The notes beneath the pieces were generated by a model. It was given only the letters and a program-made list of their open reading frames with translations, ran no database searches and was not told the origin of the DNA. A stretch of 64,000 bases of DNA from Bugula neritina (Eukaryota; Animalia; Bryozoa): assembly GCA_964035545.1 (NCBI GenBank), contig OZ037765.1, forward strand, positions 15,500,995 through 15,564,994. Direction: 5' to 3'. Shown here in pieces: positions 44,901 through 57,770 of this stretch; positions within the stretch are counted from its first letter, which is position 1; every line of letters starts with the position of its first letter. The position numbers and the translations under genes were made by a program.

Positions 44901-47900
44901 AAATACTGTAACATACTGAGGTGTACTGTGACATACTGAAATATACTGTAACATACTGAAATACTTTGTAACATACTGAAATAAACTGTAACATATTGAA
45001 TTATGTTTTAACATACTGAATTATATACTGTAACATACTGAAACATACTGTACATACTCAAATATACTGTAACATACTGAAAAGTACTACAAGATACTGA
45101 AATATAGTGAAACATAATGAAATATGCTGTAACATACTGATACTTACTGTAACATACTAAAATATACTGCAACATACTAAAATACACTATAACACATTGA
45201 AATAAACTGAAACAAACTGAAATATGCTGTAAAATGCTGAAATATACTGCAACATCCTGTAATATACTGCAAGATACTGAAATATACTGCTACATACTGA
45301 AAGATAGTGCATATTACTGTAATATACTGCAACATACCGAAATATACTGCAACATACTGAAATACACTACAACAAACCAAAATATACCTCAACATGCTGA
45401 AATAAACTTGAACACACTGAAATATCCTGTAACAATTTGACATATACTGTAATATACTGAAATATACTGTAACATACTGAAATGTATTGCAACATACTGT
45501 AATATACTGCAACATACAGAAATATACTGTAACATACTGAAATATGCTGCAAAATACTGAAATATACCACAACACATTAAAATATAGTGCCATATAATGA
45601 TATGTACTGAAACATATTGAAGTCTACTGCAACATACTGAAACATACTGAAGTCTACTGCAACATACTGAAATATACTGAAATATACTGTGACATACTGA
45701 AATATACTGCAACTTGCTGAAATATATTGTAGCATACTGAATTATACTGTAACATACTAGATAATACTGTAACAATCTGACATACATGTATATTGTATCA
45801 TACTGAAATATCCTTCAACACACTGAAATAAACTGCAACATATTGATTTGGGCTGCAAAATACTGAAATGTACTGCAACATGCTAAAATAAACTGCAACA
45901 TGCTTTAGTTTACTGCAACATGCTGAAATATACTGCAGCATACTGAAATATACGGTAACATACTAAAATATTGTGAAATATACTGTAACATACTGATATA
46001 TACTGTAACATACCTAAATATACTTTTTAACATGCTGAATTATACCGTAAGATACTAATATATACTGTAACATACTGAAATATACTGCAACATACTGAAA
46101 TAGACTGCAGGATACTGGAATATAGTGCGACACCCTGAAGTGTTTTGCAACATACTGAAATATGCTGTACATACTGAAATATACTGTAACATACTGAAAT
46201 ATACCGCAAAATACTGAAATATACTGCATTTTACTGATATATACCGCAACATACTGAAATACGCTAGAACATCCTGAAGTAAACTGCCACACACTTTAAT
46301 ATACTGCAACATACAGAAATATACTGTAACATCTTGAAATGTACTGCAACAAACTAAAGTAATCTTCAACATACTGAAATACACTGCAACATGCTGAAAT
46401 ATACTGCAACATGCTGAAATATACTGCAAAATAGAGAAATATACTGTAAAATATTGAAATATACTGCAACAAACTAAAGTAAACTGCAACAAACTGAAAC
46501 ATACTGCAACATGCCGAAATATACTGCAGCATACTGAAATACACTGCAACAGACCAAAATATACTTCAAAATGCTGAAATACATTGAACACACTGAAATA
46601 TACTGTAACATACTGAAATATACTGCAAGATACTGAAATATAGTGAAGCATAACGAAATATACTGAAACATACTTAAATATACTGTCGCATACTGAAATA
46701 AACTGCCACATACTGAAATATTATGCAACATACTGAAATATACCGCAACATACTAAAATATACTGCATTATACTGATATATTATACCGCAACATACTGAA
46801 ATAGACTAGAACATCCTGAAGTAAACTGCCACACACCTAAATACACTGCAACATACTGACACGCACTGCAACATGCTGAAATATACTGCAACATACTGTA
46901 ATATACTGCAACCTACTGAAGTATACTAAAACATACTGAAATATAGGGTAACATACTTAAATATCCTGCGACATAGTGAAATATACTAGAACATGGTCGA
47001 GTATACTGTGACATACTGAAATATACAGCAACTTACTGAAATATACCACAATATACTAAAATTTACTGTAACATACTCAAATATACTGCAACACACTGAA
47101 ATATACTGCAACATACAGAAATATACTGCAACATATTGAAATGTACTGTAGCATACTGAATAATACTGTAACATACTGAATTATACTGTAACATACTGAT
47201 ATATATTGTATCATACTGAGATATACTGCAACATACTGAAATAAAACGCAATAAATTAAAGTATACTGCAACATACTGAAATACACTGCAACATACTGAA
47301 ATATACTGTAACGCACCTACATATATTGTAATACACTGAAATATACTGCAACATAATGAAATATACTGTAACATTCTAATAATGTAATACATTGTGCCGG
47401 TTTACAAACCAGGGATGATAGTTTACATATACTGTAACATACTGAAAAATACTGCAATATACTGAATTATACTGCACCATACTGATATATACTGCAACAT
47501 ACTGAAACATAGTGAAACTTAATGAATTATACTGAAACATACCTACATGTTCTGTAACATACTGAAGTATACTGTGACATACTGAAATATACTGTAACAT
47601 ACTGAAATACACTGTAACATACTGAAATAAACTGTAACATATTGAAATATATTGTAACATACTGAAAAATACTGTAACAAACTGAAATATACTGCAACAT
47701 ACCTAAACATACTGTAACATACTGATATATACTGTAACATACTGAAATATACTGCAAGATACTGAAATATAGTGAAAAATAATGAAATATACTGTAACAT
47801 ACTGATATATACTGTAACATACTAAAAATACTGCAACATACTTAAATATATTGCAACATACTGACATATGCTGTACATACTGAAATATACTGTAACATAT

Positions 47901-48093
47901 AACTGAAATATACTCTAACATACTGAAATATATTCTCCAACATGCCGAATTATACTGTGACATACTGAAATATACTGTAACATACTGGAATATCCTGCAG
48001 CATAGTTAAATATAGTAAAATATAATGAAATATACTGAAACATACTTAAATCTACTGTCACATACTGAAGTATACTGTGACATACTGAAATAT
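41916..48093. repeat. Diverged satellite layer rich in TGTAACATAC units, with ~0.75-0.86-kb local duplications
   Basis: Same orientation as the core. Landmark 'tagcgtagcttact' recurs near 43090, 43950 and 44700. Block ~43930-44680 is repeated at ~44680-45470. Confidence 0.9.
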
Positions 48094-48512
48094 GGGTCAT
48101 TTTACTCAATTTAGTACACACTGGAAATTTCCAGTTTAAGCTATTTATCACACTTTAGCTGCTAATGAACATGGGTTTTTGCCTAAAACTATTAAAGTAT
48201 CAATAAATACACCTAAATAATCATGGGTCTTTTTACTTTCGCTCAGTTTCCATGTTTTTCCTAATTTTTCAGCTACTTTTCATTGCGGATCGTTACAATT
48301 TTTTCGTAATGTTCGGCACTCCTAATAAGCTAAATAAATAAGAAAAAGCATGGGAAATTATGCAAAATTAAGAGAAACCTTTTATTATTTATATGTATTT
48401 GTTGATATTTTATTAGTTTTAGGCAAAAACCCATGTTCATTAGCAGCTAAACTCTGAAAAATAGCTAAAAGCTGGAGATTTCCAGTGTCTACTAAATTAA
48501 ATAAAACGACCC
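48094..48512. mobile_element. 419-bp fold-back (fully palindromic) non-autonomous element
   Basis: Ends GGGTCATTTTACTCAATTTAGTACACACTGG and CCAGTGTCTACTAAATTAAATAAAACGACCC. The arms share TTTAGCTGCTAATGAACATGGGTTTTTGCCTAAAACTA exactly and stay alignable to a centre near 48303. Flanked by ATAT/ATAT within a satellite unit. Confidence 0.92.
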
Positions 48513-48845
48513 ATATACTGTAACTCATTGAAATATACTGTAACATACTGAAATATACCGTAACATGCTGAAATATACTGCAACTTATTGAAATAAACTG
48601 TAGCATACTAAATAATACTGTAACATACTGAACTATACTGTAACAATCCGACTTGTATTGTATCATACTGAACTATACTGCAATTACATACTGAAATATA
48701 CTGCTTCCTCCTGAAATATACTGCAACATACTGAACTACACTGCAACCTACTGAAATATACTGAAATATACGGTAACATACTGAAATATACTGTAACATG
48801 CCTAAAGATACTGCAACATACTGATATATACTGCAACATACTGAT
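48513..48845. repeat. Terminal segment of the main satellite
   Basis: 10-bp units resume in register after the fold-back element and stop near 48845. Confidence 0.9.
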
Positions 48846-49085
48846 ATAAGCATGTAATTTATATTACTTATATTGTTTCTTTTTTGTGGATTACAACTGT
48901 TTTTTGTTTTCATATTGTTTTTCTATGTTTATGCTAATCATGTAAGTTTGAATTTAAATTGTAGTCTTGATGATCTCGATAGAAATCACTCAGTGTCCAA
49001 TGAGATCAACCAATGTATTTTAGAATAAAATATAATAATGGACATCAGTAAAGAGTTATTGCTCAACTCACCGCCTAGTTCACTA
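48846..49085. other. AT-rich spacer between oppositely oriented arrays, possibly a LINE 3'-UTR remnant on +
   Basis: T-rich tract, a 7-bp stem TGATCTC(48971)/GAGATCA(49002), then AATAAA at 49024. The LINE origin is only a resemblance. Confidence 0.4.
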
Positions 49086-52000
49086 CACTGTATATGACTT
49101 GTTTTTACAATGTATTAAAACTTTGTTACAGCATATGACACTGTTTGACATTGCACTACAGTCTATTACAGTATATTTAAGACTTTTACAGTGTCTTACA
49201 GTCTTTTATATTATTATTCAGTATATTAATTTATATTACAATATATGTGAATCGTTTAAATTGTCTTACAGTGTAATAAAATATTGTACAGTATGTTTCA
49301 GTTTCAAACAATGTATTACAGTATATCTCTGCGTATAATGATGTATTACAGTGTAATAAAATGTTGTACAGTATATTTCAGTTGCAAACAATGTATTACA
49401 GTATACCTCTGCGTATAGTAATGTATTACAGTGTAATTTAGTTCATCACAGTATGGTTCTGTGTATCACACAGTATCCTATTGTATTTCTGTCTATTACT
49501 CTATACTGCAGTGTATTACAGCGTGTAAAATTTTACTACAGTCTATTACAGTGTTTTTTGGTGTTTTACAACGTGTTACAGTATGTTAGAGTATTTTTCA
49601 GTATATTACTTTGTATTAATGTATATTTAGGTGTAATACAATGTATTACAGTGTATTGAAGCTTATTTAAATATGTTTCAGTAATATATTACAAGATATT
49701 ACAGTATATTTCAGTTTATTACAATGTGTTACAGTTTTTGAAAATGTAATGTTATATATTACATTGTGTCACATGTTTTGACAGTGTATTACAGTGTATC
49801 ACTGCATGTTGCAGTAATTAGCATTGTCCTACAGTGTATTATAGTGTGTTTGATTGCTTTAAAGTGTGTTGTAAATTTTTATTTCAGGTTTTAGAATTTT
49901 TCATTTAATATAGTATATTTCAAGCTATTACAACACATTCTAGTGTATTACGGTTTATTACAGTATTTTTCAGTATAAAAAACTGTATTACAATGTATTT
50001 TAGTTTATTCCAATATATTATTACAGTGTGATAAATGTGTTACAGCATATTTTAGTTGGTTACAATGTCTCACAGCGCAATATATGTATTACAGTATATT
50101 TCATTATATTGCAATGGAATCCAGTTCTACAGAGTGTATTGCAGGATGTTGCAGTTTTTGACAAAATATTACACTGTATTACAGCATATTACAGCATATA
50201 GCATTGTCCTACGGTATATTATAGTGTGTTTCAGTACTTTACAGTGTGTTATAATAATATTTTATATTTTTTTTCAGTATAATGCAATATAATGCAGTAT
50301 ATTCTAGCCTATTACAATGCATTCCATTTTATTACAATGTATTGCAGTGCATTGCTATGCATTGCAGTATATTTTAGTATGTTATAGCGTATTACAATTC
50401 ATTAAACTGTATTGTAGTATTTTACAGTATACCACAGTTTTTGACAGCGTATAACATTGTACTACAACCTTTTATGGTGTTGTGCAGTACTTTACAGTGT
50501 GGCAATTTTTTTTATATTATGTTTCAGTATATAATGCAGCACAAAATATCTCAGTCTATTACAATGTAGTAAAACTTATCACAGTATGTTTTAGTATATT
50601 ACATTGTATTACAGTAAGTTAACTGTTTATTACTACATGTTTTAGTCTATCACAGGCATTACAGTTTTTGAAAGTGTAGTGCCATATGTTACATGGTATC
50701 ACATGTTTTGATACTCTATTACAGTGTGTTACAGCATGTTGCAGCGTGTAACGTTATACTACAGTCTATTGCAGTTTTTTCAGTACTTTACAGTGTGTTA
50801 TAACATTTTTATAGTAGGTTTCGGAGTATTTCAATGTAATATAGTATATTTCAGTCTATTATAATGTATTATAGTGTATTACAATGTATTACAGTATATT
50901 TCAATCTATTACAATGTAATACAGTTCATGAAAGTGTATTGCAGTATATTGCTGTATTTAGCAGACTTTGACAATGTATTACACTGTATTACAGCATATT
51001 ACGGCTTATAGCATTGTATTACAGTATATTATAGTGTGTTTCAGTACTTTACAGCGTGCTACAGTGTTTTACAGTATTTTTCAGTATAATACAATATAAT
51101 TCTGTATATTTCAGTCTATTACAATGTGCTGAAGTGTATTACAACGGACTACAGTATGTTTCAGTATGAAACAATGTATTACATTGTTTTGCACCGTATT
51201 TTTGTTGATTACAATGTATTACAGTGCAACACATGTAGTACAGTATATTTCACTCTTTTCCAATGTATTACGGTATATCACAGTATATTATGATAAGTTT
51301 TGGTGTAAAACAATGTATTACAGTATAGTTCAATCTATTACAATGTAATACAGTTTATGAAAGTGTATTGCAGTATATTGCTGTATATAACAGATTTTGA
51401 CAATGTATTACAGTATATTACACTGTATTACATTGTTTTACAGTCTATTACGGTATATTTATGTGCTTTACAGTGTGTTACAGTATTCTACAGTATAATT
51501 CAGTCTATTACAATGTTATGAATTGTACTAAAGTTTTTTTCAGTATTTTTCAGTATAATGCGATGTATTTTAGTATATTTCAGTCTAATGCAATGTATTA
51601 CAATTTATTACTGTATATTACACTTTATTGCAGTGTATTTTTGTCTATTACAATGTACTACTGTACCATAAATATATTACAGAATATTTTAGTCTATTAC
51701 CATGTATTACAGTGTACTACAACATATTACAGTATAATTTAGTGCAAAACAATGTATTACAGTGTATTGCAATGTATTACGTTATGCTTCAGTATATTAC
51801 ACTGTGTTGCAATGTATTTTTGTCTATTACAATCATGCATTACAGTACAATATATGTAGTACCATATTTTTCAATCTTTTTCACAAAATATCACGGTGTA
51901 TTACAGTATATATCTGTCCATTACGATGCATTAAACTGTTTTACAACATATTACAGTCTGTTTAGGTGTATTACATTGTATATCACAGATATTGTCAATG

Positions 52001-54860
52001 AACTAGATTGTATTACAGTATATTACACTGTCTAGCATCGTACTAGAGTCTATTACAGTGTATTTAAGTATTTTACAGTGTCTTACAGTCTTTTATAGTA
52101 TTATTCAGTATATTACAATGTATTACAATATATTTAGGTTTTTTACAATCTATTACATTGTACTAAAACTTATTACAGTAATAAAAGTGTAATGAATTTT
52201 TTTACAGTTTGTTTCAGTATAAAACAATTTGCTACAGTATAGTTCAGCGTATAATGATGTATTACAAGGTATTGCAATTTATCGCAGTATGTTTCTATGT
52301 ATCACACAGTGTTATAGTGTATTTCAGTCTATTACACTGTACTACAGCGTATTACAGCGTGTAAGCTTGTACTACAGTCTATTACAGTGTTTTTCGGTGT
52401 TTTATACAGCGTTTTACAGTAAATTACAATATGTTTCAGTATATTACAATGTATTACAGTCTATTAGAATTTTTCAAAGCCTAGTTTTGTTTATTACAAT
52501 GTTTTACTTTATATTTTAAGTTATTCCAATGTATTACAGGTTTTGAGAGTATCATGCAATGTGTTACAGTGTATCACAGGTGTTGACATTGCATAACAGT
52601 GTATTACAACATATTAAAGCGTACAACATTGCACTATGGTCTCTTACAATTTTTTACAGCGTGTTCCAGTATATTACATTATGTTTCATTTTATTACAAT
52701 GTATTAAAGTAACTTTCAGTCTATGACGATGAATTACAGATCATTAGATTGTTTTGAAACATAATTTCGTTTGTTACAATGTTTCACATTATATTTCTGT
52801 CTATTACAACATATTAAAGTTTTGTAAGTGTAATGCAGTATCCTACAGTGCATCGCAGGTGTTGGCATTGTATTACAGTGTATTACAGCATGTTACACGG
52901 TATAACATTGTACTACAGTTTATTGCAATGTTTTTCAGCCTTTTAAGGTGTGTTACAGTATATTACAGTATATTTCAGTATATTACAGTGTATTACGGTT
53001 TATTACCATATTTTTCCGTCTTTTACAATGTATTTCAATTTCCAAAGTCCAATGCGGTGTCTTATAGTGTATCACAGTTTTTGACATTGTTTTACAATTT
53101 ATTACAGCATATTACAGCGTATAGTATTGTAATACAGTTCATTATTGTGTTTTTCAGTAATTTACAGTTTGTTACAATATATTTCAGTCTATTAAAATGT
53201 ATTACAGTTTAGGAAAGTGTATTGTGGTATAGTGCTGTATATCACAAATATTGTCAATGTATTACATTGTATTACAGTATATTACACTGTATAACACTGT
53301 ACTAAGGTATATTAAAGTGTATTCAGGTACTTTAAAGTGTGTTATTGCATTTTACATTGTATTTCAGTATCTTAAAATGCATTACAGTTTTTGAAAGTGC
53401 AATGCAGTATGTTACAGTGTATCACAGGTTTTGACATTGAATTACAAAGTATTACAGCATATTACAGCGCATAAAATTGTATAACAGTCCATTACAGTGT
53501 TTTTCAGTAATTTACAGTTTTTTACAATATATTTCAGTTTATTACAATGTACGAGTATTACAGTTTATCAAAATGTATTTCTGTATATTTTTGTATATCA
53601 AAGATATTGTCAATGCATTAGATTGCATTACAGTATATTACAACGTACTGCAGCCTACAACGACGTATTTACGTACTTTACAGTGTGCTATTGCATTTTA
53701 CAGTATGTTGCAGTACATCACAATGTATTACAGTATATCTCAGTTTATTACAATATATTACAGTAGATTATAGCTCATTACAATACGTTCAATATATACA
53801 ATGTATTACAGTATATTTCAGTTTATTACAATGTTTTACAATTTTTGAAAGTGTATCAGAGTATATTACAGTGTGTCACAGGTTTTGACATTGTATTACG
53901 GTGTTTTACAGGATATTACAGTGTGCAACATAGTAATATAGCCCAGTACAGTCTTTTTTTAGTAAGTTATGGTTTGGCCCAGTATATTACAGTATTTTTC
54001 ATTATATCACGATGTATTGCAGTATATTTCAGTGTATTACATTGTATTATGATGTGTTAAAAATTATTACAGTATTTCTCTGTTTTAAACAATGTGTTAC
54101 AGTATATCTCAGTCAATTACAATGTATTACAGTTTATTAGAGTTTTTCGAAGCATTCTTATGTTTATTACAATGTTTTACATTATATTTCAGTCTATTCC
54201 AATGTATCACAGGTTTTGAAAGTGCATTGCAGTATCTTACAGCGTATCACAGCTGTTGACATTGTATTAAAATGTGTTACAGCATATTACAGCGTATAAC
54301 ATTGTACTACAGTCTCTTACAGTGTTTTTCAGCTTTTTAAGGTATGTTACAGTATATTACAGTATGTTTCAGTATATCACATTGTATTACAGTGTATTCT
54401 GGTTTATTACCGTATGTCTCAGTCTTTTACAATGTATTATAGTTTTCGAAAGTCTAATGCCGTATCTTGCAGTGTATCATTTGTTTTGACAATGTATTGC
54501 AGTTTACTACGACATATTATAGCTTATAACATTGTACTACAGTCTATAATAGTGCATGAGTTTATGTACTTTACGGAGTGTTATAGTAAATTACAGTATT
54601 TTTCATTATATTACAGTGTTATACAGTCTTTTTCAGTCTATTGCAATGTATTACAGTTTATGAAAGGGTATTTCGGTATATTACTGTATATTAAAAACTT
54701 TGGTAATGTGTTACATTGCGTTACAGCATATTACACTGGATAACATTGTACTATAGTATATTATAATGTATTTAGGTATTGTACAGTGTGATATTAAATT
54801 TCACACTTTTTTTAGTGTATTACAATATATTACAGTTTTTGAAAGTGTAATGCAGTATAT
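49086..54860. repeat. Old, degenerate 10-bp satellite in inverted orientation (TATTACAGTR / TATTTCAGTM / TATTACAATG)
   Basis: The reverse complement (TACTGTAATA, TACTGAAATA) shares the core of the main array. Strand skew flips and the LQYI-type ORFs move to the + strand. Confidence 0.9.
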
Positions 54861-54913
54861 TGTAGTAATTTGTGGGTTATAGAATATGAAATCAGGCAGA
54901 AAACATAACTCCT

Positions 54914-55322
54914 TGTTATAGAAGAGACAAGCTATTCTTAGCTGGCAGTGCTGTTGCTATAGCACAGTCCAGGCAGTTTGTTTAAAACAAGCAGCCACAG
55001 AGGAACATTTATTAACTTCCCTCTTTCAACAGTATTATACGAACACACAGTTCATACCCTAACATTTACACTCGGAATAGACCATCGGCATCGACATTGG
55101 GATGACAAAAAAATTTATCTGTGCATCAATATTGTAAGTTTCACTTAGATTACAATAGCTAATGTCATTTTATTTGAATCTGTGCCTGTTTTCATGGTGT
55201 TTCTCTAATTTTTTGATTACAATATAATTTATATTTTTCCCATTTTTCCAGGGTACGATTTGATAGACAATAAACTTAAGAACCTGTTGCCAAGCTGGCT
55301 AATAGATAAATTGTACATAACA
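54914..55322 (+). mobile_element. Candidate 5' LTR of BEL/Pao element 1
   Basis: TGTTAT...ATAACA termini and AATAAA near 55269, lying just upstream of gag. An alternative start is the TGT at 54861. No second LTR or clear PBS is available to confirm it. Confidence 0.45.
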
Positions 55323-55381
55323 ATCTAAGTCACCCAGACACTGTCACAAACCGATACCGTACCAATATTGATGAGGCTGAC

Positions 55382-56694
55382 ATGGACCAACAGGCCATAT
55401 TTGATCTCAAGAAGCAACGTACTACTCTAAGATTTAAGGTAACAATGCTAGCTAATCTTATAGAATCAGCAATCTCTAGTAGCAGCTTTACACAAATGGA
55501 GTGTCTGCGATCTCAGCTTGAATCCACATATCAAGAGTTTCTAATTATCTATTATGACTTTTTGGAATACGTTTCATCAAATGAGCCTATGGAAGACATT
55601 TCTTATGTTAATAAGTTGAGTCCAGTAGAGTACTATGAAACTGTAAAGGCTATTTATGACAAGGCTATTTCTGACTGTAATACTTGGCATAGCAAATTCT
55701 ATATAATCAAGCACAGCCTTGTTTTAGCAATTAAGAAACCTAATGGATTAGTTACTGATTGTACTGACAATACTCCTCTCACTGAACATCATAGTAAATT
55801 AATGTGTAGCTCTTTCAGAAAGTTTGGCAGATACCATAGGTTTTTCTGATTTATTATTAGAACTAGACGAAGTTATTTTATCTTCCGATTATTGTATGTC
55901 TAAGTTTACTCTTATGTCAAGGACTCAGTCACAGAGCATAAATTTTGAACACCGTGAATCTGATCCGTCCGTGGTCCAGTCCGGTCTCGCGGATAGCGGT
56001 ATGGGTGGGGGGTCATCTTCAGACGGCGCGAGTCATGCACCGACTATGGTCGCGTCCGGTCAGTTGTCTTCTCTTAGATCACACCCTAGCACACGTGAAG
56101 CTACTCTACCAAATCCAGGTATCACAGCAAACGGTAGTAATAGGCAGGTACTACGGGAAGATCATACATCCAGTGGAGATTTAGCATCAAATTTAGGTTT
56201 CATAGCAAATATCAATGTCAGAGATGTTTCTTTTTCTACATTTTCAATACGTGATCTACATGGTAATACTGATCGTGCAACTCATTCTGAATTTTTGATT
56301 CACGGTGCAACCTCCTCGGTTGTCAATGCATATGATAGCTACCCTAATGGAACAACTCAAATAAATTATGACTCTAGACATACAGGTGGAAATAACTTTA
56401 ATTCATCTATACATAAAACTTATTCGCAACCTAAGTCATTTAACAGCACTAGATGCCATTGGCCAGAATTCAGGTCAGTGTGGCTAAGGTATGCCACTAT
56501 GTTTTACGATCATGTCGAAAGGGCTTATGAATTAAAACAATTTCTTACAAGTGAAGCTCTGGAGATGGTTCAGCCAATCTTTGCAACTCAACCTCAAGCT
56601 TACGAGAGAATGATGTGTAGAATAGAAAAGGTCTACAATGATTCTAGCATGAGTGTACAAGCAGTCTTCAACTATCTACAAGAACTAAAGCCAG
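55382..56694 (+). pseudogene. gag: BEL/Pao retrotransposon gag, frameshifted near 55830 and truncated
   Basis: N-terminal LKKQRTTLRFKVT helix and a DUF1759-like segment (F...WPEFRSVW...LKQFLTSEALEMV...AYERMMCRIEKVY). Cut by an LTR end at 56695. Confidence 0.75.
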
Positions 56695-56930
56695 TGTTGT
56701 ATTCTTGAGTAGAAAGGATAATTTATGTAGATATCATACAATGTCGTATATTTGAATTCCAGAAAAGTACATTTAGCTCAGAGAAAATTCACTGTTTATA
56801 TACAAAATATTACATAGCTTTTTAGTGATAGCCGGTCATAATACAAAATTATAATAGATGCTTCATGGCTATATGGCTGTTATTTATTGTCATGGTCAGG
56901 GCTGTAGCAGCATCCGTTGCGTATGTAACA
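56695..56930 (-). mobile_element. 3' LTR (236 bp) of a Ty3/Gypsy element
   Basis: On the minus strand a polypurine tract AGTGGGGAGA (56931-56940) directly precedes TGTTACAT. The LTR ends ...ATACAACA at 56695. Confidence 0.75.
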
Positions 56931-57041
56931 TCTCCCCACTAGCCTTTGATGCGTCTATGTATTTTGGCGAGCTGCCAATCTCTTTGACCTTCTAAGATTT
57001 TCAGGTTCACACTCTCCGCCTGTGGGTACTCTGGGATTTCT

Positions 57042-57770
57042 TCATGGTTGAGGTGTTTGGTTAGCAGTACTATCGTCATTTGAAACATCAGCCATTTGAA
57101 CTTCAGATTTCACATCGTCGGCTGGTTCAGAATCTTCCTCAACTCCGTAGCGTGGTAATAGTTGTTCAATATGATGTCTCCATATTGGTCTTCTTGGTGT
57201 GACTTTGACATTTATACTTCTTAGTCCCAATACTTTTGTGACAATGGCAGGGACCCATCGTGGTTCTCTGTCTCTTTGGGGTCCACAATAGAGTGCGTAG
57301 CAAGGACTTCCAACTGTATAGGTGTGAACTTTGGATACAGTGGATTTCTGGTCTGTAGACCTTTTCCACTTCTTTTGATTGTTGTCCTTGGGCTTGGTGT
57401 GCTAGTGATGGTAGCAGAACATTAATTTTGCAACGAATCTGTCTCCCATTCATCAGTTCACTGGGCGAGTATCCTCCTATCAAGGGTGTGCGTCGATAGT
57501 GCATCAGGAATTTAATCAAAGCTAGATTTGGTGGTAAATTAGATTTTCTTAGAGCCTGTTTAAATGATTGCACTAGTCTTTCAGCTGCTCCATTTGTGGC
57601 AGGGTGATAAGGGGCTTTAGATAGATGAACTATTCCACGATCCTGGCACCAGCTTTGAAACTTTTCAGACTTGAATGTGCTTGCATTGTCGGATACAATT
57701 GTGTGTGAATATCCAAAGTGTGCAAAGTCTCGTTCTAGAAGCTCTGTAGTTCTCTTCGAAGATGTTGATG
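57042..57770 (-). pseudogene. pol: Ty3/Gypsy integrase, core and C-terminal fragment
   Basis: Manual translation gives FAHFGYSHTIVSDNASTF...APYHPATNGAAERLVQSFKQ...FLMHYRRTP..GYSPSELMNGRQIR, covering the second D and the E of the DDE motif. Frameshifted downstream. Confidence 0.92.

Noticed and set aside
1-48845. CRISPR array or other repeat-spacer system
   Set aside because: No unique spacers, no cas genes, and the context is eukaryotic.
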